IMG/VR virus record: IMGVR_UViG_3300036864_000252
Coordinates: 1-41,927 of that record
DNA from: a virus
Taxonomy: Duplodnaviria > Caudoviricetes
DNA length: 41,927 bases
Direction: 5' to 3' (one strand)
Position numbers and translations under genes: made by a program. This document shows positions 20,321-26,966 of this stretch, one piece after another. The number at the start of each line of letters is the position of its first letter. Position 1 is the stretch's first letter. A model generated the notes under the pieces. That model was not told where the DNA came from. It ran no database searches and worked only from the letters and a program-made list of their open reading frames with translations.

Positions 20321-20694
20321 TCCAATCCCGCTGCTTTCTTGGCAGCCTGTTCTGCCGCTCTGATTATCTTAGCCTTAGTAAGTCTTATGCTTCTCCAGTT
20401 TGCACCTTTTAAAAACTCTATCCAAAACCGATCATACCATTCTTGGCCGTTGATCTTGAGACGCCCATAAGCATCGTATTGTCTAGGCTCCTGAATAGAG
20501 TTTTTGTGCTGCTGGTTCTGAATAAATCGTAGATACTCAAGGTCATTTTTCATATGGAGTACATCACCTGGTGAAGTTAACTGCTTTGGTAGAGTGGAGA
20601 ACAAGCATGCTAGCAATTCTTCTCGTACCATAGCAAGTTCTTCGTTATTCATAGCTGTTAAATCTTTTTGATGTTCAGCTTGACTCACTCCCAC
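20317..20694 (-). CDS. Hypothetical protein
   Basis: 125 aa; overlaps the groES stop. Confidence 0.55.
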   Translation of the reverse strand: MGVSQAEHQKDLTAMNNEELAMVREELLACLFSTLPKQLTSPGDVLHMKNDLEYLRFIQNQQHKNSIQEPRQYDAYGRLKINGQEWYDRFWIEFLKGANWRSIRLTKAKIIRAAEQAAKKAAGLE

Positions 20695-20948
20695 CCCCCA
20701 ATCTCCTCCAGCTTAATAAGCGCCAAATCCTCTTTCTCGCCATATGGCGCAGTGTCTTCGTACTTGCCGAAGTAGACCATCTTGCCATCTTCAATACCTA
20801 GTTCCTGGCACTTGGCAATGATATCTGGCGCAATAGCCAACACCACCCCGCGCGTCTTGCTCGTGCCAAATTTCTCTTCAGTTGGGCTGAAGTTTTGGTA
20901 TTTGCCTTTGAGCTGGATGAGGAGGCGGCCTTGGATGGGGTGAATCAT
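20685..20948 (-). CDS. groES: Co-chaperonin GroES-like protein
   Basis: 87 aa; IHPIQGRLLI (cf. I.PL.DRV.V), RGVVLAIA, G..VYFGKY, ..LIKLEEIGG; mobile-loop region short and lacking the GGI motif. Confidence 0.75.
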   Translation of the reverse strand: MIHPIQGRLLIQLKGKYQNFSPTEEKFGTSKTRGVVLAIAPDIIAKCQELGIEDGKMVYFGKYEDTAPYGEKEDLALIKLEEIGGWE

Positions 20949-21101
20949 TTGAACGCCTCTCTGTTCATAGCAGCGAACCTACGACTGTCCTTATATCGCA
21001 TATCAAGCCTTTCGGGGTTATTCTTTTGCATCACAATATAAAGCGTCTTTGTCGACATATCACGCTTAAGAGGCTTACCTTTATAGTAAATTCGAGCAAA
21101 A

Positions 21102-21239
21102 CTAGGCTTGTGTCGCATGTAACCTCCTTTTCTTACGCCTATAATACGCTGCATCCCGGCACTTCCGATTACAGTACTTACGAGCCCGGCCTGGATTCAT
21201 TTTACCGCAGTGGTCACACTTATAGTATGAGGTTGGCAT
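21102..21239 (-). CDS. 45-aa C4 zinc-finger protein with basic tail
   Basis: MPTSYYKCDHCGKMNPGRARKYCNRKCRDAAYYRRKKRR...; ATG 8 nt after the repeat-gene stop. Confidence 0.65.
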   Translation of the reverse strand: MPTSYYKCDHCGKMNPGRARKYCNRKCRDAAYYRRKKRRLHATQA

Positions 21240-21247
21240 GGCATTTT

Positions 21248-21505
21248 CTAATAGAGCCAAGACCAAGACCGAGACCGAGACCGAGACCCAGACCCAGACC
21301 CAGACCCAGACCCAGACCAAGACCCAGACCCAGACCAAGACCGAGACCCAGACCGAGACCCAGACCGAGACCCAGACCGAGACCAAGACCAAGACCGAGA
21401 CCCAGACCGAGACCCAGACCGAGACCGAGACCCAGACCGAGACCGAGACCAAGACCAAGACCCAGACCAAAGAGTATTCGGATTACCTAAAAGTACAGCT
21501 TGCAT
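21248..21505 (-). CDS. (Ser-X)35 repeat protein, copy B
   Basis: ATG, leader MQAVLLGNPNTLW, 35 dipeptides (8 SW, 14 SG, 13 SR), LY-stop. Confidence 0.65.
   Translation of the reverse strand: MQAVLLGNPNTLWSGSWSWSRSRSGSRSRSGSRSGSRSWSWSRSGSRSGSRSGSRSWSGSGSWSGSGSGSGSGSRSRSRSWSWLY
21257..21466. repeat. Aperiodic hexamer array B, 35 units
   Basis: Minus-strand units TCTTGG/TCTCGG/TCTGGG only. Confidence 0.95.
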
Positions 21506-21530
21506 ATCGACCTACTTTCAAAAACATTTT

Positions 21531-21860
21531 CTAATAGAGCCAAGACCAAGACCGAGGCCGAGACCCAGACCCAGACCCAGACCAAGACCGAGACCAAGAC
21601 CGAGACCGAGACCGAGACCGAGACCCAGACCGAGACCGAGACCCAGACCAAGACCCAGACCCAGACCAAGACCGAGACCAAGACCGAGACCGAGACCGAG
21701 ACCCAGACCAAGACCGAGACCCAGACCAAGACCAAGACCCAGACCAAGACCAAGACCCAGACCAAGACCGAGACCGAGACCGAGACCCAGACCAAGACCC
21801 AGACCGAGACCCAGACCAAGACCAAAGAGTATTCGGATTACCTAAAAGTACAGCTTGCAT
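21531..21860 (-). CDS. (Ser-X)47 repeat protein, copy A
   Basis: Same leader and LY-stop as copy B; 47 dipeptides (15 W, 14 G, 18 R including one PR). Confidence 0.65.
   Translation of the reverse strand: MQAVLLGNPNTLWSWSGSRSGSWSGSRSRSRSWSGSWSWSGSWSWSGSRSWSGSRSRSRSWSRSWSGSGSWSGSRSRSGSRSRSRSRSWSRSWSGSGSGSRPRSWSWLY
21540..21821. repeat. Aperiodic hexamer array A, 47 units
   Basis: Same three hexamers plus one CCTCGG variant. Confidence 0.95.
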
Positions 21861-21871
21861 AGTGTACTACC

Positions 21872-22132
21872 CTATTTCTGCTTCGTAGGTAGGTCGTGGT
21901 TCCAAGGAAATGCGTCAACTACAGCGCCAATACTCACACAGGCATCACCGACAGGCTCCACCTCGTTCAGGGTTCCTTCTTTCAAAGCGTTCGAAAAACG
22001 TCCGCTGTCGGCAATCCATGAAGCGTCAGATAGCTCAATCATGCCATCTTTGATGCCTTCGATCTTGCCAACCATGTGGTAGGTGACAGTACGAATAAAT
22101 ACCTTTTTGCCCGTTTCAATAACTTTGCTCAC
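21872..22132 (-). CDS. Small beta-barrel protein with Sm/LSm-like pattern (recalled as DUF6948-like)
   Basis: 86 aa; GKKVFIRTVTYHMVGKIEGIKDGMIELSDA fits the Sm1 pattern; AAGGAG RBS, GTG start. Confidence 0.6.
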   Translation of the reverse strand: MSKVIETGKKVFIRTVTYHMVGKIEGIKDGMIELSDASWIADSGRFSNALKEGTLNEVEPVGDACVSIGAVVDAFPWNHDLPTKQK

Positions 22133-22163
22133 TATGATCTCCTTTTACGCTGTTTATAAGTTC

Positions 22164-22192
22164 AATGTATCGTAATTGTATTGATGTGTCAA
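22164..22192 (-). promoter_or_regulatory. Sigma70-type promoter for the Sm-like/repeat/groES/groEL block
   Basis: TTGACA-17bp-TACATT. Confidence 0.75.
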
Positions 22193-22197
22193 CACGA

Positions 22198-22359
22198 TTA
22201 TTCACAACCCTTCGGACATGGAAAGCTGACTGCGTCGTCAAAGAGCATGTCAACGAATACTCCTCGGCTGTGGCCACAAGGCAGAATGATAGTATCTACT
22301 CTCTGGCCCTGCCACACATGGCACCAAGGTAGTCGCCAGTAGTAGACCGGATCACTCAT
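22198..22359 (-). CDS. 53-aa Cys-containing small protein
   Basis: MSDPVYYWRLPWCH...LPCGH...FPCPKGCE; ATG overlaps the terS stop; below the ORF-track cutoff. Confidence 0.45.
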   Translation of the reverse strand: MSDPVYYWRLPWCHVWQGQRVDTIILPCGHSRGVFVDMLFDDAVSFPCPKGCE

Positions 22360-22879
22360 CTGTCTCTGAGGTCGGCACTTGATTTACGAAGATTATCTGA
22401 TTTTCAGGTGGCGGATTCTCTTCAACCTTCTCATGGTAACCGAAGTTAACCTTTAGGTTAAAGATAGCTCCAGCAGCATTTTTACCTTGATGCAACATTA
22501 TTTCGTTGTATTCGCCTACTTTAGACCGAGCTCTTTTTATAGCGTCAGAAAACCTGTCCTTAGCTTTATACTCCATTAATCCCTGTCGACTCATTCCTAA
22601 ACGTAAAGCCAAGCCCGCCATTGTATAAGGCTGCTGAGCTGTTAATACCTTTCTCGTCATGAGAACCATACCAGCATCATAGTCACGCTTTCTAGTTCGT
22701 TTCAAGGCCCCGCCATGACCTTGAGGCTCCAAGCTCTCCTCTTTCTCCTCAATGAATGGATAGTCCCAATATTCCTGATCAATCCAATGAGGATCACACT
22801 CATAAAAATAAGCATCGACAATTGCCTGTAATTCCTCAACTGTCTTGTACTTCAAAGGTCTACCGCCTGGATGTGCCAT
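22352..22879 (-). CDS. terS: Terminase small subunit (P22 gp3-like DNA-packaging family)
   Basis: GGRPLKYKTVEELQ..VDAYF...PYTMAGLALRLGMSRQGL.EY...FSDAIKRA...GAIFNLK.NFG. Confidence 0.85.
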   Translation of the reverse strand: MAHPGGRPLKYKTVEELQAIVDAYFYECDPHWIDQEYWDYPFIEEKEESLEPQGHGGALKRTRKRDYDAGMVLMTRKVLTAQQPYTMAGLALRLGMSRQGLMEYKAKDRFSDAIKRARSKVGEYNEIMLHQGKNAAGAIFNLKVNFGYHEKVEENPPPENQIIFVNQVPTSETDE

Positions 22880-22944
22880 AACAATTACAGAGTATCACAA
22901 ATTTTAACCATTACCCCGCTCTCCTACTACTTGGCAGGGTAGAC

Positions 22945-23135
22945 GAGGCTGTAACCACCAGGCAAAGACAAACAATACACTAAACTGCCGCATGCAGTTC
23001 AGTTGGGTTCTGTCCTAATAGTGTATTATTCATTACTTATGGATGCCTGAGTAAGAGTGGAGATCAAGCGTTTAGCTGTTACAGGTGATCTCCGAGCCTG
23101 TCAGGCATCCTTTCCCGGAGTTTTACTGGCTCCGA
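22945..23135. ncRNA. Structured non-coding segment (candidate RNA, within the leftward transcript)
   Basis: Stems 23041-50/23101-10 (10 bp), 23059-66/23086-93 (8 bp), 22974-82/23019-27 (9 bp), 22983-88/22994-99, 23116-20/23130-34. Confidence 0.5.
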
Positions 23136-23185
23136 ACAGGGTTTGGTGATATTTGATTCGGCTCAGAAAATCTTTTTAAAAAGTG

Positions 23186-23214
23186 TTGACATCCTTCTCG
23201 TGTTCAGCTATTAT
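23186..23214 (+). promoter_or_regulatory. Sigma70-type promoter for a short RNA
   Basis: TTGACA-17bp-TATTAT. Confidence 0.8.
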
Positions 23215-23284
23215 GAAGTCTGAAGACATGAGAAAACGTCTGGCCCACGAAACGGGCCTTTTTCTTTGCCTCAGTTATTTTCAT
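23204..23284 (-). CDS. Putative 26-aa leader peptide
   Basis: MKITEAKKKARFVGQTFSHVFRLHNS; first ATG after the leftward promoter, partly inside a 10-bp hairpin. Confidence 0.35.
   Translation of the reverse strand: MKITEAKKKARFVGQTFSHVFRLHNS
23221..23265 (+). ncRNA. Candidate ~45-nt antisense sRNA
   Basis: Bounded by a consensus promoter and an intrinsic terminator; no ORF fits inside. Confidence 0.55.
23242..23267 (+). terminator. Intrinsic terminator
   Basis: GGCCC-acgaaac-GGGCC-TTTTTCTTT. Confidence 0.75.
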
Positions 23285-23316
23285 AGTTTGAAGACTGAGA
23301 AAATAACTTTACTCTT

Positions 23317-23345
23317 AATGTATTGCGCTTATCCTATATTGTCAA
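23317..23345 (-). promoter_or_regulatory. Leftward sigma70-type promoter, convergent with the sRNA promoter
   Basis: TTGACA-17bp-TACATT. Confidence 0.75.
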
Positions 23346-23380
23346 ATCATTAGCGCATTCACCTCTGTTAAAATCTTCAT

Positions 23381-23389
23381 TTATCCACA
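23381..23389 (+). promoter_or_regulatory. Perfect DnaA box
   Basis: TTATCCACA in the AT-rich non-coding hub; a single box could be chance. Confidence 0.35.
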
Positions 23390-23427
23390 ACTTGTTAGAA
23401 ATACTGACATGTTCTATGCTTTGTCTT

Positions 23428-23588
23428 GGAAACTCAGCGAGGTCGCGGAACCCCGACCAAGTTCTAGACACTAGAACCGTCTGTACAACCACTTACAGGC
23501 GTGGCGACTTAAAATAATGTTTGGGTGTTTCCTCATTTGCCACTCCCCGGAGTTCCGGATGCTGTTCCCTGGGGCTCCGGATGTGGTA
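23428..23588 (+). ncRNA. Candidate multi-hairpin structured RNA
   Basis: Closing stem 23428-33/23527-32 around three adjacent hairpins, then a long G-U-containing hairpin 23538-23588; possible promoter TTGTTA-17-TATGCT at 23392-23420. Confidence 0.55.
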
Positions 23589-23610
23589 GCTCGTGTGCTA
23601 TCATAGCCCT

Positions 23611-24351
23611 ATGATCAACCTCGCTGCTTGGCAAAACGAAGTTTTAGGTAAAGTACTCAACGTGACCGGTAAAGACCCAGGAGAGTGTACGCAGGTGCCT
23701 CTCGCCTGGGGTATGGAGCTCTACCCTGGTAAGAAATGGTCAGCCCTGTTCCCTCCAGTTAAAAGCGCCAAAGATATGCTTGCCATCTACAATAAGAGCT
23801 ACTTCTGGGCTATCGCTAACGATCACAATGACCCCAACCAGCTGCCGCAAGCCGGGGACATCATGATCTTTGACGCCACACCTCAGAAAGGCTATGCCAA
23901 TACTTACCAGAATCCTTACGGGCATGCTGGTGTTTGTGTCAGTGCTTCGCCTTCGGGCTATACATTACTTGGTCAGAGTGTCGGGCACCCGGTGAACGAT
24001 ACCAGCTTTATGTGGCGCTGGAATCCATGTAAAGGCTGGTTGCATCCTTTGGTATTGCCTTTAGTGGTGGCCCATCCTGGTAAGGCGCCGGTGATGAGCA
24101 GCATGGTTGGTAAGACACTGCATTTGCCGGCTAAGAACCCTGACGGCAGCCCGGATACGCATTGGAATGTCTATCACGAGAATGGGCCCTATGACGTGGC
24201 TCAGGCGGTGGCGGTACTCAATCCGGCACTGTTTGGCGGACTAAGCTACAAGATACTGACCGATAAGGGCAATGGCATCTATGCTATCCAGACACAGATG
24301 TTCGGCCGGGTGGCTATTTGGACGCGCGGCACTAATGCTACTATTAACTGA
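23611..24351 (+). CDS. CHAP-domain endolysin with C-terminal cell-wall-binding domain
   Basis: GECTQV (Cys), PQAGDIMIF, YGHAGV (His); C-terminal LHLP...W.VY...LNP..FGGLSYKIL...FG.V.IW recalls Bacillus-phage lysin binding domains; start at ATG 23611 (leaderless). Confidence 0.8.
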   Translation: MINLAAWQNEVLGKVLNVTGKDPGECTQVPLAWGMELYPGKKWSALFPPVKSAKDMLAIYNKSYFWAIANDHNDPNQLPQAGDIMIFDATPQKGYANTYQNPYGHAGVCVSASPSGYTLLGQSVGHPVNDTSFMWRWNPCKGWLHPLVLPLVVAHPGKAPVMSSMVGKTLHLPAKNPDGSPDTHWNVYHENGPYDVAQAVAVLNPALFGGLSYKILTDKGNGIYAIQTQMFGRVAIWTRGTNATIN

Positions 24352-24653
24352 TGAGCGGCGATTGGACAGCTTCCGATGGACGGACGACTTATACGTTTAC
24401 GAACGAGGAGTTCCAGAGTTCTTTCAATGCTTACGGGTTTAATCAGAACATACTGGAAACGGTTGAGCGCTCTACTGCTGCATTTAATGAGCTTCTAGCG
24501 AAACAGCCCTCTCCGGTCAATCGGCGGCAGGAAATAGAGCGGGAACTGGACATTATCCGCGGGCGGGTGCCAACGCCTAAAGGCTACCGGGTAGACTCTT
24601 TACGGGTCAAGCGACTTATGCAAGAATTGAAACAGCTCGAATTAAAAAACTAA
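24351..24653 (+). CDS. Hypothetical protein
   Basis: 100 aa; TGATG-coupled to the lysin. Confidence 0.6.
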   Translation: MSGDWTASDGRTTYTFTNEEFQSSFNAYGFNQNILETVERSTAAFNELLAKQPSPVNRRQEIERELDIIRGRVPTPKGYRVDSLRVKRLMQELKQLELKN

Positions 24654-24664
24654 AAAGTTCGCTT

Positions 24665-25027
24665 ATGAAACAAAAACTTCGGGCCACGCCGCCGGTGATG
24701 TTTATCCTGAAGGACGTCAATCACCTGGAGCACGACCCTCGGTCTCAGTACCGCTTTAACCGCTTCTGGGCACTGCTGTGGGGGCTCGGCATTATTACGA
24801 TCCCTTTCTTTCCAACGCTGTACGCTCATACCATTTCAGCCCTCATTATTCAGGAGATCAGCCTATGGGCTAACTTTGCCACCCACTTTGGGGCCATGAG
24901 CGCGGCGTTGGCTGCCGGCAATGCGGCCAGCTCTGCTAAAGACGTCGATGCTATCGCTGAGCTGACTGAACGAATGGATGAGATTTCGTCTTTACAAACA
25001 ACCACCCCAGATACTACAATAGATTAG
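24665..25027 (+). CDS. Membrane protein (possible holin)
   Basis: 120 aa; two hydrophobic segments; close to the lysin. Confidence 0.5.
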   Translation: MKQKLRATPPVMFILKDVNHLEHDPRSQYRFNRFWALLWGLGIITIPFFPTLYAHTISALIIQEISLWANFATHFGAMSAALAAGNAASSAKDVDAIAELTERMDEISSLQTTTPDTTID

Positions 25028-25311
25028 CCCCTCACCTGGGATGCGCGCCCGCCTTGGTACTGCTTCCTTGGCGGGTTCTTCTTTACCAAACCTATCTGCA
25101 GTTCGAAAGCTCTGTTGCGTTGTTCTCGCATCAGCTGGTTGCGGATACTTCGGTAGTGCGTACCGTGGAGCAGATCGTATCTAAACATCTTGATTTGCAG
25201 CCGGGCCGCTTCCCTTCGCTGTACTATGAATTCCAATGTAGGGTTGGTGAGCTTGGACAGACTTTTATCTACTTGGCCGTCTCTGGTGACTATAAATGTA
25301 TTTGTGTTCAT
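25024..25311 (-). CDS. Basic hypothetical protein, leaderless
   Basis: 95 aa; TTGACT-17bp-TATATT ends 6 nt before the ATG. Confidence 0.65.
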   Translation of the reverse strand: MNTNTFIVTRDGQVDKSLSKLTNPTLEFIVQRREAARLQIKMFRYDLLHGTHYRSIRNQLMREQRNRAFELQIGLVKKNPPRKQYQGGRASQVRG

Positions 25312-25380
25312 GTCAATAATATAGCATAGTGGTTATGTAAAGTCAATGCTTTTAATTGTCTTTTATGCTATAGTAAATGT

Positions 25381-25911
25381 ATGACTCCTAAAACAATTGC
25401 ACGAACAGCGGAACAACTCATAGCTTCAGCCCTGCCGGGTTCAATATATAAAAACGAACCGGTAGATGCCCTACTACCCTACGATCTGGAATGGAGTGGA
25501 CTGCGGTTGGATGTCAAGGCTACTACCGCTACTAAAAATGGTCGCGCTTTTTTCAATATCAAAGTAGCGCCGAAACATACCGGTATCATTCTTGTATTTG
25601 TTTGCCTGGAAAAACCTTACAGGTTCTGGGTATCACGTTATAGCGAAACAGTAGCTGGAAGCTATCGGTTAGATAAAGCCCTGCCGATCAGTAAATTACA
25701 AGCCGAAATCAGGTCTACAGCCGCGAATCCTATACAAAACATCTCTGTATACCGGCGTCAGTCCAGACAGCTGACTATGCGCCAAATGGACTTTAATATC
25801 CTTGAAGAGGCCCGACAACTCATTGCCGGAAACCTTGGGATCAAAGTATCTCCACAGAGTGCTATAGGGTATCTTGCCAATTTTTATATAAAATCTATAA
25901 AAAAGGATTGA
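25381..25911 (+). CDS. PD-(D/E)XK nuclease-like domain fused to a ribbon-helix-helix-like C-terminus
   Basis: AEQ...PYDL......DVK motif; C-terminal strand-helix-helix; TGC-TATAGT 6 nt before the ATG. Confidence 0.55.
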   Translation: MTPKTIARTAEQLIASALPGSIYKNEPVDALLPYDLEWSGLRLDVKATTATKNGRAFFNIKVAPKHTGIILVFVCLEKPYRFWVSRYSETVAGSYRLDKALPISKLQAEIRSTAANPIQNISVYRRQSRQLTMRQMDFNILEEARQLIAGNLGIKVSPQSAIGYLANFYIKSIKKD

Positions 25912-25936
25912 CAAGTCATTATTTGTTCGATAGTAT
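25908..25936 (+). promoter_or_regulatory. Sigma70-type early promoter
   Basis: TTGACA-17bp-TAGTAT. Confidence 0.7.
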
Positions 25937-25976
25937 AGAGGTATTACTAACGTAATTCATAAGGACATTAAATAGT

Positions 25977-26237
25977 ATGAATACAACCACTACCAAACCA
26001 GCCACCTGCCCGGACTGCGGCAGCTACGCTGAGCTCTACACCTCCGGCCCCTGGGCTGGCATCTGGGAATGCACCAACGAAGAGTGCCGCGCCAGCGGTA
26101 GCTGCGAGCACCTTAACACCCGGAATGAATCAGCCGAGAACGATATGCTCTCTGCTGATGGTGAGCACACGAGTTATAAATCTACTATAGAAATATGCAA
26201 CGACTGCGAACAGCAGTTAGAAAGTTTATACCTATGA
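25977..26237 (+). CDS. Zinc-finger protein
   Basis: CPDCG...WECTNEEC...CEH...CNDC. Confidence 0.7.
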   Translation: MNTTTTKPATCPDCGSYAELYTSGPWAGIWECTNEECRASGSCEHLNTRNESAENDMLSADGEHTSYKSTIEICNDCEQQLESLYL

Positions 26238-26629
26238 GCAACACGAAAGCCATTGAAAAGCGCACCGGAGCCATTCTAAGCCCCTTAAACGGCCTTTCGT
26301 TCGAAAACCGTGAGTTAGTCCAGAATGAGGCTTTTGTGGAGTTCCTGGGCCTCCAGAAGCGCCTGCAGACGCAAATAGATGATGCCTGGAGAAACCTCCA
26401 GGAACTTATGGAAGTCCAGGGCGTTAAGAGTATTAAAGGCGACTGGGGCTACATTACCCTGGCTGAACGCAAGACCCTACGGACTGCTGTCCAGCTGCCG
26501 CCACGCTTCTACAAGAAAGTGCTTGACCCAAGCAAAGTGAAAGCCTACCGCACCATGTCCGGGCACCTGCCCGAAGGAGTGACCGAAACTACTACTAACT
26601 ACCTCAGCAAGAAAGTAACCATCCAATGA
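26234..26629 (+). CDS. Hypothetical early protein
   Basis: Start adjusted to ATG 26234 (ATGA overlap); coiled coil then beta-rich region. Confidence 0.6.
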   Translation: MSNTKAIEKRTGAILSPLNGLSFENRELVQNEAFVEFLGLQKRLQTQIDDAWRNLQELMEVQGVKSIKGDWGYITLAERKTLRTAVQLPPRFYKKVLDPSKVKAYRTMSGHLPEGVTETTTNYLSKKVTIQ

Positions 26630-26708
26630 AATACCTGCGTAAATTTACTCGTACCCGTAAAGAAATCCAGACTATTATTCAACAAGTAAAAGAGGAGTTG
26701 CAAATTAT

Positions 26709-26879
26709 ATGAACACCCTTACTGACCTTGTAACATATATGGAGGGCCTGCAGCCGCTGGCTGACGATCTGGCCAAGATACTGGCCGGAAGCAAGCTTAA
26801 CATCACAGAGCTGGCTGCTCTGGCCCACATCCATGGCTATCTGAGTGCTGCAAAGTATAAAATACAAAAGGAGTTTTAA
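26709..26879 (+). CDS. 56-aa hypothetical protein
   Basis: GAGGAG RBS; MNTLTDLVTYMEG...; below the track cutoff. Confidence 0.5.
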   Translation: MNTLTDLVTYMEGLQPLADDLAKILAGSKLNITELAALAHIHGYLSAAKYKIQKEF

Positions 26880-26966
26880 AGTGCCCGAATCACTACTAAG
26901 ACAAATCTATCAGGAGGGCGGGATTATTATACAGCTTTCGTCCTCCAGGAGTATAAAGGAGCCTTT

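Noticed and set aside
21242-21861. CRISPR array or complete diversity-generating retroelement
   Set aside because: No repeat-spacer structure of CRISPR dimensions; no reverse transcriptase and no adenine-containing template repeat in the genome
21026-21862. ORF-track proteins (PR)n, (TE/TQ/TK)n and (VW/VS/VL)n
   Set aside because: By-products of stop-free hexamers; only the (SX)n frame has a duplicated ATG leader, a conserved stop and operon orientation
23323-23517. 64-aa ORF in the non-coding hub
   Set aside because: TTG start without RBS; overlaps promoters and the predicted RNA structure
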